Below the pieces are notes generated by a model, which was not told the DNA's origin, did no database searches, and saw only the letters and a list, made by a program, of their open reading frames with translations. Below are positions 49,837 to 57,595 of a stretch of 64,000 bases of DNA, in pieces (positions within the stretch are counted from its first letter, which is position 1; every line of letters starts with the position of its first letter). The DNA comes from Treponemataceae bacterium. Lineage in GTDB: Bacteria > Spirochaetota > Spirochaetia > Treponematales > Rectinemataceae. The position numbers and the translations under genes are program-made. The stretch spans positions 288,001 to 352,000 of the forward strand of contig CAXXVZ010000002.1 in NCBI GenBank assembly GCA_963678065.2, written 5' to 3'.

Positions 49837-50901
49837 TCAGGCGCCTTTTGCGGCGAATTCCCGTGCTGCGTCGTAGATCGCGAGGATGTTCGCAGTGGGC
49901 ACTTCCGGAAGGAAACTCTGACTCGGTCCGAGAATGTATCCTCCGCCGGGGCTCATCGTTTCAAGAGTCGAGAGGACTGCCCGGCGCACATCGTCCGGAG
50001 TGCCGAAGGGCAGCAGTTCCTGGGTATCTATTCCGCCGTTGAACGACATCATGCGGCCGAATTTCCCCTTGAGCGTCGCGGGATCCATGCCCCGCGCGGC
50101 GACCTGCATCGGATTCATCGCGGTCACGCCCATCTGCGCAAAATCCGGAATGAGCGCCGAAACGCTGCCGCAGGAATGGAACTGCACGAGATAGCCGGAA
50201 TCCCTGGCGAGATCTATAAGCCTGACGAGCCTTGGCTTTACATACCTCCGCCACAGGTCCGCGCTCGTGAGCATATCCTGCTGGGTGCCGTAATCGTCGC
50301 CCATGAAAAAAACCTGCATCCGGTTTTTCAACCGCGAGAATATCCTTTTGTTGATTTCGAGGGAAATTTCCGTGATCCTGTCGAGGACGAAGCACAACAG
50401 CTCCGGATCATCGTAGAAGAGCATCATGTAACGTTCCATCCCGAAGAGCATCTGCGCGATGTAGGTGACCGGGGCCCAATACCCGCCATAGACGCAATAG
50501 TCGTCCGCGTTCGAAGCCGCTTTTTCTATCGCGTCGTAATCCACATCGTCCGGATCGAGATACAGATGGCTGTCGGCCTCTTCGATCGTATCCGTATCCG
50601 CGAGAGGATGACCGACGGCGGTGCCGAACTGCCTGTCCACGAGCGCGCCCCAGGCATTCTTCACACGCTTTTCGTCGAAGGGTTTTGCGGGGACAGAGGC
50701 CGATGTGTAGACAACCGTGTTCCTGAAATCCACTCCCAGCGAGCGCAGCATGGCTTCCTTGTCGCTCGTTCCCAATGCGGCGCACACGCGCGCCACAACA
50801 TCGGCCGATGGCTCGATATCGAAATCGACAGCTATCCTGTCGGCCTCCCGGCGCGTCATGGCGCAAAGAGCCCTTTCCCTGGGGGACATCTGAATGTTCA
50901 T
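49837..50901 (-). CDS. URO-D/MtaA-fold protein, paralogue 3
   Basis: MSPRER, GDDYGTQ, FHSCGSV, NPMQ, GGIDTQELLPFGTPDDV, GGYILGPS. Confidence 0.88.
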   Translation of the reverse strand: MNIQMSPRERALCAMTRREADRIAVDFDIEPSADVVARVCAALGTSDKEAMLRSLGVDFRNTVVYTSASVPAKPFDEKRVKNAWGALVDRQFGTAVGHPLADTDTIEEADSHLYLDPDDVDYDAIEKAASNADDYCVYGGYWAPVTYIAQMLFGMERYMMLFYDDPELLCFVLDRITEISLEINKRIFSRLKNRMQVFFMGDDYGTQQDMLTSADLWRRYVKPRLVRLIDLARDSGYLVQFHSCGSVSALIPDFAQMGVTAMNPMQVAARGMDPATLKGKFGRMMSFNGGIDTQELLPFGTPDDVRRAVLSTLETMSPGGGYILGPSQSFLPEVPTANILAIYDAAREFAAKGA

Positions 50902-50927
50902 GCTATTCTCCGGTGCGCGGAAAACAT

Positions 50928-50951
50928 GCCGGCGGCGGTGAAGCCGCCGGC
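50928..50951 (-). other. Hairpin downstream of the SBP gene (weak terminator or stabiliser)
   Basis: GCCGGCGGC-6 nt-GCCGCCGGC followed by ATGTTTT on the minus strand. Confidence 0.6.
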
Positions 50952-50964
50952 CTCTGGTCATTTT

Positions 50965-52497
50965 TTATTTTTCGAATTTTTCCTGATAGACAGCCTTCGC
51001 TTCGGCGATGACTTCCTTTCCGCCCGAACTCATCCACTCCGCGACGAACTTGTCGAATTCGGCAAGAGAGCGCTGGCCGGTTATGAAGCCGGCGAAGGCT
51101 TTCTCCTCTATCGTCTGCAGATTGACCTTGTATTTTTTCCAGGCTTCGAGCGGGTATCCGGCGATGGCATCCATGGGGCCGATGGCTTTGGACCGTTCCT
51201 TCGCGATCCAGGCTCCGTCCTTGGTGGCTCCGTCGTAGATGTCGTAATTGGGGAACCAGGGGAAATAATTCATGCCGTATTCACCGCGTTTCTCGAAGGT
51301 GTCATAGGGAGGAATCCATTCGGGATAACCTTGGGCGTTCTTTTTGTAGGTGATGCCTTCATCGCCGTGGTAGATTTTGACTTCCCACTTTTCGGTACTG
51401 AGAAGTTCGTCCCAGATCTGGAACCAGCGACGCATCTTTGCCTGGTCTTTCTCAAGGTGCTTTCCGAACACGACCATAGGTATGACTTCCATGACATTCA
51501 TCTGGCGCATGCCCCTGTCGCCCCTTGGACCTGTTATGGGGGCGATGGTGGTGGGCTTGGCTTTCGGATTCACCGCGACCACGGGATCGTAGAGTTTCCC
51601 GGAGAAATATTTGACCGAGGGACCAGCCGTCCACCAATAGGTATCGGGGATGAGGCCGAACTTTCCGTTGATCCACTTTTCCTGAAACACATTGTAATTG
51701 TCGACAAAGAACGAAGGATCGATGACGCCATCCTTGTACCACTTGTTGAGCAGGGTCAGCGCTTCCTTGGTTTCGGGGAGGATGGAGCCATAGACAAGCT
51801 CGCCGTTCTTGATCTGGAAAATCTGAGGATGCGCTCCGAAAGCTCCGTAGATCGGGGCGAACATCTGGACCTGTCCTGGCGTGTTGTAGAAACTCATCCC
51901 GTAGGTGTCTTTTATCCCGTTGCCGTCGGGATCGTTGTTGCGGAATGCGTAGAGCACTTTTTCGAGGTCGACGAGCGTCGTAGGGGTCTTCATGCCGAGC
52001 TTTTCGAGCCAATCCATGCGGATGGACATGACACGACAGTGGTCTCCCAGGGGCCAGGCCGTGGGGAACCCATAGTTTTTACCTTTGACACTCGAGAACG
52101 CGAAGGCGCCTGGCTGGATTTTCATCAGGTACTCGTACATGCGGGGCGCTTCTTTCTGGATGAGCTCGCGCGGAACTTCCGCGATGACACCCTGCTCGGC
52201 GAATTTACTCAGCATGTTGTAATCGTAGGCGATGAACGCGTCGATCTTCTCGCCTGAAGCGATCATCAGCTGAAGTTTCTGTTTGTTCTCCTCCGTGCTC
52301 AGGCCCTTGTTGTTGAGCGCCTTGAATTTCACATTGAAGGCTTTTTCGATCGCGACCTTGATGGCCGCGTCCTGCGGAATTTCATAATCGTAGACGATGG
52401 TCATCTCCATCGGTTTTGCCGAACCTTGGGCATGGACATTGAGCGAAACCGCGAGCGCCAACGCAACGAATCCGGAAATGATTCTGCCTTTCGTCAT
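50965..52497 (-). CDS. Carbohydrate ABC substrate-binding protein (LplA-like)
   Basis: Signal peptide, LMIASGE, IRMDWLEKLGMKTP, AFRNNDPDGNGIKDT, WYKDGVID, FDKFVAEW. Confidence 0.9.
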   Translation of the reverse strand: MTKGRIISGFVALALAVSLNVHAQGSAKPMEMTIVYDYEIPQDAAIKVAIEKAFNVKFKALNNKGLSTEENKQKLQLMIASGEKIDAFIAYDYNMLSKFAEQGVIAEVPRELIQKEAPRMYEYLMKIQPGAFAFSSVKGKNYGFPTAWPLGDHCRVMSIRMDWLEKLGMKTPTTLVDLEKVLYAFRNNDPDGNGIKDTYGMSFYNTPGQVQMFAPIYGAFGAHPQIFQIKNGELVYGSILPETKEALTLLNKWYKDGVIDPSFFVDNYNVFQEKWINGKFGLIPDTYWWTAGPSVKYFSGKLYDPVVAVNPKAKPTTIAPITGPRGDRGMRQMNVMEVIPMVVFGKHLEKDQAKMRRWFQIWDELLSTEKWEVKIYHGDEGITYKKNAQGYPEWIPPYDTFEKRGEYGMNYFPWFPNYDIYDGATKDGAWIAKERSKAIGPMDAIAGYPLEAWKKYKVNLQTIEEKAFAGFITGQRSLAEFDKFVAEWMSSGGKEVIAEAKAVYQEKFEK

Positions 52498-52562
52498 CGA
52501 TAGCTCCTCCCCCTCTGTGTATTTTCAAGCTGGTCCGGGTAAGTGTGGCGGGACCGGTCCCG

Positions 52563-53444
52563 TCAGCCTTTGACCGAACCGAGCATGATTCCTTTCGTAA
52601 AATGCTTCTGTATGAACGGATAGATCATCATGATGGGCACCACGGAAACGATGATGACGGCTGCCCTGATCTGCAGAAGCTGAAAATCCGTGCTCTGCGC
52701 TTTTCTGACATCGTTCATCATTTCTCCGGAATTCTGGATCAATATTTCCCTGAGGACTATCTGAAGAACCTGTTTCGATTGTTCGGTTATGTAGAGCATC
52801 GCATCGAACCAGTTATTCCAGTGCCAGACCGCAACCCAGAGGCCGATCGTGGCAAGTACCGGTTTGGAGAGGGGAATGATGATCCTGAAAAAAACCGCGA
52901 TGTCTCCGGCTCCGTCGAGCTTCGCCGATTCCTCGAGTGATTCCGGGATGGACCGGAAAAAATTACGGATGATGATGATATTGAAAGTGCTCACAACGCC
53001 TTGGACGATGAGGGCGAAGCGTGTATTGATAAGACCGAGTTTCCGCATCAAAAGGTAGTTCGGGATGACCCCGCCATCGAAGAGCATGGTGAATACGAAC
53101 AGAAACGTAAAAAATTTGACGCCGGGAAATTTCTTTTTGGACAGAGGATAGGCAGTGATGCTGTAGATGAACAGCGCGAGGCAGGTTCCGAAAACGGTGC
53201 GGATTGTCGAATTCAGGAATCCCGTCCAGATGTTCTTCGACTTGAGTATGAGTCCGTACGTAGCGAATGTCAGCTCTTTGAAGTTCGGGAACATATGAAA
53301 ACCGGGACTGTAAGCCTCTTTCGTCGTGCTGACCGAAAGGGTGAGCTGGTTGATGAAGGGGTACATCGTGCTGAGGGCGAGGGCAGTCAGCACAATATAG
53401 TTGAATGCCTCGAAAATAATGCGCTCGGGACTTTTCCGTTTCAT
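52563..53444 (-). CDS. Carbohydrate ABC permease (LplC-like)
   Basis: AYPLSKK, FDGGVIPNY, SLEESAKLDGA, WNNWFDA, YPFIQKHFTKG. Confidence 0.92.
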   Translation of the reverse strand: MKRKSPERIIFEAFNYIVLTALALSTMYPFINQLTLSVSTTKEAYSPGFHMFPNFKELTFATYGLILKSKNIWTGFLNSTIRTVFGTCLALFIYSITAYPLSKKKFPGVKFFTFLFVFTMLFDGGVIPNYLLMRKLGLINTRFALIVQGVVSTFNIIIIRNFFRSIPESLEESAKLDGAGDIAVFFRIIIPLSKPVLATIGLWVAVWHWNNWFDAMLYITEQSKQVLQIVLREILIQNSGEMMNDVRKAQSTDFQLLQIRAAVIIVSVVPIMMIYPFIQKHFTKGIMLGSVKG

Positions 53445-53451
53445 GTTCCGC

Positions 53452-54381
53452 CTACCACAGACTGCTTTCTTTCCCGCCGAGGGAAACCGCGATCCTGTTC
53501 GAGATGTAAATAAGCACCAATCCGACCAACGATTTGGAAAAACCGACAGCGGCTCCGTAGCTGTAATTGAATTCCACAATGCCTTTCTTGAACACGAAGG
53601 TGTCGATGATCTCGCCTATCTCAAGCACGAGGGGATTGAACAGATTGTAGATCTGGTCAAACCCCGCGTTCAGAATAAAACCGGTATTGAGGATCAGAAG
53701 AATCGCCGCCACCGGAAGTATCGAAGGTATGGTTATGTGGATAGTCTGCCGGAAACGTCCGGCTCCATCGATTTCCGCGGCCTCGTAGAGGTCGGGATCG
53801 ATGGAGGAAAGAGCCGCCATGTAGACGACGGAACTCCATCCCATCTCCCTCCAGATCGCGGTTCCCACAACGAGACTCAAGAAATATTTTGGAATCGCGA
53901 AAAACAAGAGGGGTCCCTTTCCGGAAAGTCCGCGAAGATAATTGACCGGACCTTCGGGAGAGAATACCCGGAGAAAAATTCCCGCGAGCACGACCCAGGA
54001 AATAAAATACGGCAGGTAGATAAGAGTCAGGTACACTCTCTTGGTTCTGGTTCGGGAAACCTCGTTGAGCAGCAACGCTATGAGTATGGGCACCGGAAAA
54101 CCGATAAAAAGCTTGAGTCCGCTGATGACGAAAGTATTTTTCAGGGCATTCAGGAAAAATCTGTCGGAGAAGGCCTCGCGGAAATATTTGAGGCCGACCC
54201 ACTCGCTGCCGAGAATCCCCTTGCCGAAATTGAATTCCTTGAATGCGATGAGGAGTCCGTAGATCGGCACGTATTTGAAGATGATGAGCAGTATCACGCC
54301 CGGAATCATCATGAGATACATCTGCCTGTAGTAATTCATGCGCCCGAGGCGCACTCGCATCCCGGCAATTCCCCGCGCCAT
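53452..54381 (-). CDS. Carbohydrate ABC permease (LplB-like)
   Basis: SEWVGLKYF, YLPYFISWVV, LYEAAEIDGA, AAVGFSKS. Confidence 0.92.
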   Translation of the reverse strand: MARGIAGMRVRLGRMNYYRQMYLMMIPGVILLIIFKYVPIYGLLIAFKEFNFGKGILGSEWVGLKYFREAFSDRFFLNALKNTFVISGLKLFIGFPVPILIALLLNEVSRTRTKRVYLTLIYLPYFISWVVLAGIFLRVFSPEGPVNYLRGLSGKGPLLFFAIPKYFLSLVVGTAIWREMGWSSVVYMAALSSIDPDLYEAAEIDGAGRFRQTIHITIPSILPVAAILLILNTGFILNAGFDQIYNLFNPLVLEIGEIIDTFVFKKGIVEFNYSYGAAVGFSKSLVGLVLIYISNRIAVSLGGKESSLW

Positions 54382-56439
54382 TCAGTCCCCCAGTCCCTGA
54401 ACCAGGATGATTTTGTGGATAAAGACCGTGCCGGCATCCACACGGGAGCCGCGTTCCGATCCGACGGATACGAGAGGCCTGTCTTCCGGATATACCTCTC
54501 TCGCGGTCACCGGTCTGTCGGTTCCGAACACAAGCTGCCCCGCCGGTATCGGAGGGCAATCTCCTCCGCTCATGCCCGGTATCATCGACACGATGTGGAT
54601 GATCATCTCCGCGCCGCGCCGGAAAGCGGTGAAACCGACCGTACCGGGATTGGCGGTCTCGAGCCTCACAAGGGGATCCGGCAACGCCAGGTCAAGCACC
54701 GCGGACAGGAATCCCTTGACCCAGGCGCCATCCTCCGCGGCAAAGCCGAAGAGGTCGAATCCGGCATACCAGAAGGTTCCGGCACCGATGGCCATGCGGA
54801 CGATGAGTGGCTCTCCGGTCCTCCTCGCGGGCGGCGGATATCCCCAGTTGACCCAGGTCTCCGGCCCGAGGATGACAGCCGGCTCGACGAAAACCGCTGT
54901 CGGGTCGACCGGAGAGGAGAAACGGATGGATGCAGAACTTATCGGCGGCGTAGTGTCCGGGATGCCGGCCCTGAAACCATCCGGGTTGAATCCGGCGTAG
55001 CCTCCCCAGTGATTGACCGCATATTCGTCCCGCAGCCCGGTGAAATGGATGCCGGTCGACGCGGCGAATGCGTAATCTGCGGCCAGTGTCCCGTCAGGCT
55101 TGCGAAGACCGGATTCTCCCGACGCGATGACCGTGCTGCCTGCGCGCATGAATGTTTCCAGCTTTTCCCATGTCCCCGGCCCGAAGACGAGGACCTCGGG
55201 CAGGATGATCACGCGGAGCGAAGCGAGCATCCCGGAGGAAAGCTCCGCTTCGGGAACGACTGTCCAGGTGCGCTTCGAAAAATCGCAACATTTCATGGCG
55301 CCGAGCACCGCGCTCACATGCCGGTTGGGTGTCCGGGTCCGTGCGATGGCGTGAGCGACCACGGCGCCGGCGGTTCCGACCCTCACGGAATCATCGCTCT
55401 GCACGATGCCAATATCCGCGACTATAGTTCGGTTTCCGAGGAGATGCTCGAACTTCTTTACTTCGCGATAGGCCGCGCCGATGCGTCTCGCCTCTTCGCG
55501 CTCGAGCGTACCGTCGGGCCTCTGGGGCTCGGAATACATGAAAACCCGGCACCCCTGCGCGGCGATCTGGGCCGCGGCAGCCACATAGACGCTTTCGGGA
55601 AGGTAGTTGTAGACACTGGAAACATCTCCGGGTCCGAGTTGGGGGAACCGCCCTGTCGCCCTCGCAAATGCGGCGGAAAGCCAGTTTCCCGCCCAGGGTT
55701 CCGTGAAATGATAATCGAGCTTGTCCCGTATGCGCTTGGGGTAATGAGAAGAGAAATTGATCGTGACGGCGAGTCCCGGATCGATGGATTTTACGGTCGA
55801 AACCACATCGTCCAGAAAACCTTCGGCGCAATCGTCCAGAAATCCGAGAACCTCGGCTGAGACCCCGGAGAGTCCTTCCCCGGTTTCCGGAAGCGGATAA
55901 CCGTACCGCTCGCCAAAAATCCTGCGGCATTCCGGACAGTAACACAGGGACTTGCCGAAAATGTCCAGGAAGAGACTGTCCGGGTGATAGCGGGATACAA
56001 TCTCCGTGAGCTGATCCAGGACATAGCGACGGTAGCCGGTCATATAACAGGCCATGCGCCATTTCGCGTTCCGCGAGGCACTGCGCAATTCCTCTCCATC
56101 CGCCTTTCTGATTGCCCAGTCCGGATGCTTCCCTGTTATCGTATTATCATATTCCACAGAGTAATATGCGTTGAACTCAATGTCTTTCTTTCTGAGTTCC
56201 GCCACCGTTTCCGCCACCCAATCCCGATCGAGCGCGGGATGTCTTTCTCCACAGACAGTATCGTAATACGAGTATCCCCAGTGGTCCTTGCAGTACACCA
56301 TGAGGCTGTCGATACCTGCCGTACCGAAGAATGAGGCATGCTCTGCGATATCGAGTCTGTCGAAGGTGACTGCTGGAGGCGCGGGAGAGTGATTGTCGAT
56401 CAGATAGCCGCGAAACCTTTTTTTGTAAAGATCGGCCAT
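54382..56439 (-). CDS. GHL6/GH151-like putative alpha-L-fucosidase with GATase-like domain
   Basis: YCKDHWGYSYYDT, HPALDRD, AYYSV, HPDW, FLDI, CYCPEC, VIILPEV; first gene of the operon. Confidence 0.75.
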   Translation of the reverse strand: MADLYKKRFRGYLIDNHSPAPPAVTFDRLDIAEHASFFGTAGIDSLMVYCKDHWGYSYYDTVCGERHPALDRDWVAETVAELRKKDIEFNAYYSVEYDNTITGKHPDWAIRKADGEELRSASRNAKWRMACYMTGYRRYVLDQLTEIVSRYHPDSLFLDIFGKSLCYCPECRRIFGERYGYPLPETGEGLSGVSAEVLGFLDDCAEGFLDDVVSTVKSIDPGLAVTINFSSHYPKRIRDKLDYHFTEPWAGNWLSAAFARATGRFPQLGPGDVSSVYNYLPESVYVAAAAQIAAQGCRVFMYSEPQRPDGTLEREEARRIGAAYREVKKFEHLLGNRTIVADIGIVQSDDSVRVGTAGAVVAHAIARTRTPNRHVSAVLGAMKCCDFSKRTWTVVPEAELSSGMLASLRVIILPEVLVFGPGTWEKLETFMRAGSTVIASGESGLRKPDGTLAADYAFAASTGIHFTGLRDEYAVNHWGGYAGFNPDGFRAGIPDTTPPISSASIRFSSPVDPTAVFVEPAVILGPETWVNWGYPPPARRTGEPLIVRMAIGAGTFWYAGFDLFGFAAEDGAWVKGFLSAVLDLALPDPLVRLETANPGTVGFTAFRRGAEMIIHIVSMIPGMSGGDCPPIPAGQLVFGTDRPVTAREVYPEDRPLVSVGSERGSRVDAGTVFIHKIILVQGLGD

Positions 56440-56532
56440 GACATGTCTCCGGAACGAAAGATTTTGATAGGGACGGTAAAAACATCCTAAGTCCGGTTTT
56501 CAGGGAAATGAATATCCAATGTGGACAAGAAT

Positions 56533-56562
56533 TTGACAAATTCGGCAATATGGATCGATACT
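56533..56562 (+). promoter_or_regulatory. Possible leaderless promoter for the AraC gene
   Basis: TTGACA-18 bp-GATACT-6 bp-ATG(56569). Confidence 0.5.
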
Positions 56563-56568
56563 GGCCCC

Positions 56569-57456
56569 ATGAAGCACGATATCGGGATTCTCGGTACGGG
56601 GTTTTCATCCCACTACGGACGGTACAGCGTGCGCGTGAGCAGCGCCCGCACCCTTGTCTGGAGAGAATATCCGACGAATCGGCGGCACATGCACAAAGAG
56701 GAGTATGAGTTCAACCTGGTGCTGGATGGCTCAGGCGAATACCATCACCGGGACAGGGTGTATCCTCTCGAAAAAGGAGACATTTTCGTATCGGAACCCT
56801 ACGTCCCCCACGAGATCAGCTCGTTGCGAACGAAAGACCTCCATGTGCTCTGGCTCAATGTCTACATAGATGAGGTCGACGCGAAGGTCGCCCCCCGGTA
56901 TGAAGACAGGCTGATGGATGAATTCATGCGGGGGCACCAGAACTATCTGTCGGGTCGGACATTTCTCCTCGGCTATCTCCCGATCCTGTCCAGAACGGCA
57001 TCCAGCACGAGTGCCCGGAAACTCAGCGGGCAACATCTCGTACAGAGTCTCTTTTTCGATCTCGTCGAACTCTTCAACATCGCCAAACCCGATTTCGACA
57101 ATCCGGACATGAATATCGACCAGAAGCCTTTCACCATTCTCAATAAAGCCAGCAATTTCATCATGGCGAATCTTTCCGGGGAACTTTCGATCAACGACAT
57201 CGCCCGTTCGGTATTCACTTCAGAGAGGAATCTCCGCCACCTTTTCCGGAAACACATGAACATTACCGTTGTCGACTATGTCAATTCCAAAAAAATGGAA
57301 CACGCGGGCTATCTTTTAACCCTGCAACTTCAGGTACAAGAGGTCAGCGAGGCCGTCGGCATCGCGTCTCCCGCCCAGTTCAGCCGCCTCTTCAAGCGAT
57401 ATCAGGGAATCGCACCCAAAAAATTCCAGGAAAACCACGAACCGATTTACACATAG
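56569..57456 (+). CDS. AraC-family regulator with cupin sensor domain, divergent from the fucosidase operon (alternative GTG start at 56521)
   Basis: RHMHKEEYEF, KGDIFV..PYVPHEI; SERNLRHLFRK, FSRLFKRYQGIAP. Confidence 0.9.
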   Translation: MKHDIGILGTGFSSHYGRYSVRVSSARTLVWREYPTNRRHMHKEEYEFNLVLDGSGEYHHRDRVYPLEKGDIFVSEPYVPHEISSLRTKDLHVLWLNVYIDEVDAKVAPRYEDRLMDEFMRGHQNYLSGRTFLLGYLPILSRTASSTSARKLSGQHLVQSLFFDLVELFNIAKPDFDNPDMNIDQKPFTILNKASNFIMANLSGELSINDIARSVFTSERNLRHLFRKHMNITVVDYVNSKKMEHAGYLLTLQLQVQEVSEAVGIASPAQFSRLFKRYQGIAPKKFQENHEPIYT

Positions 57457-57530
57457 AAGAGCGCTGCCGGACAGGTCGCGGTGTCGACCTTCATGGTTTC
57501 TGTTTTATGCGGTCCCGCCCTGTCGCCGCG

Positions 57531-57560
57531 GCTTATCTCGCTCGCTTATCTCGCTCGCTT
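57531..57560 (+). repeat. 13-bp tandem duplication abutting the SNF2 promoter
   Basis: GCTTATCTCGCTC x2 followed by GCTT. Confidence 0.85.
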
Positions 57561-57587
57561 GCCCCGCCCCGCGATTTTCCGTATCAT
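57559..57587 (+). promoter_or_regulatory. Sigma70 promoter, near-leaderless, for the SNF2 gene
   Basis: TTGCCC-17 bp-TATCAT-8 bp-ATG(57596), no Shine-Dalgarno. Confidence 0.6.
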
Positions 57588-57595
57588 TCCGGTCC

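Noticed and set aside
47437..50901. hemE (heme biosynthesis)
   Set aside because: No RQAGR N-terminal motif, three divergent copies, and a sugar-utilisation context.
52549..52562. Perfect 14-bp palindrome CGGGACCGGTCCCG after a permease gene
   Set aside because: Single GC-rich occurrence with no loop or U-tract; could be chance.
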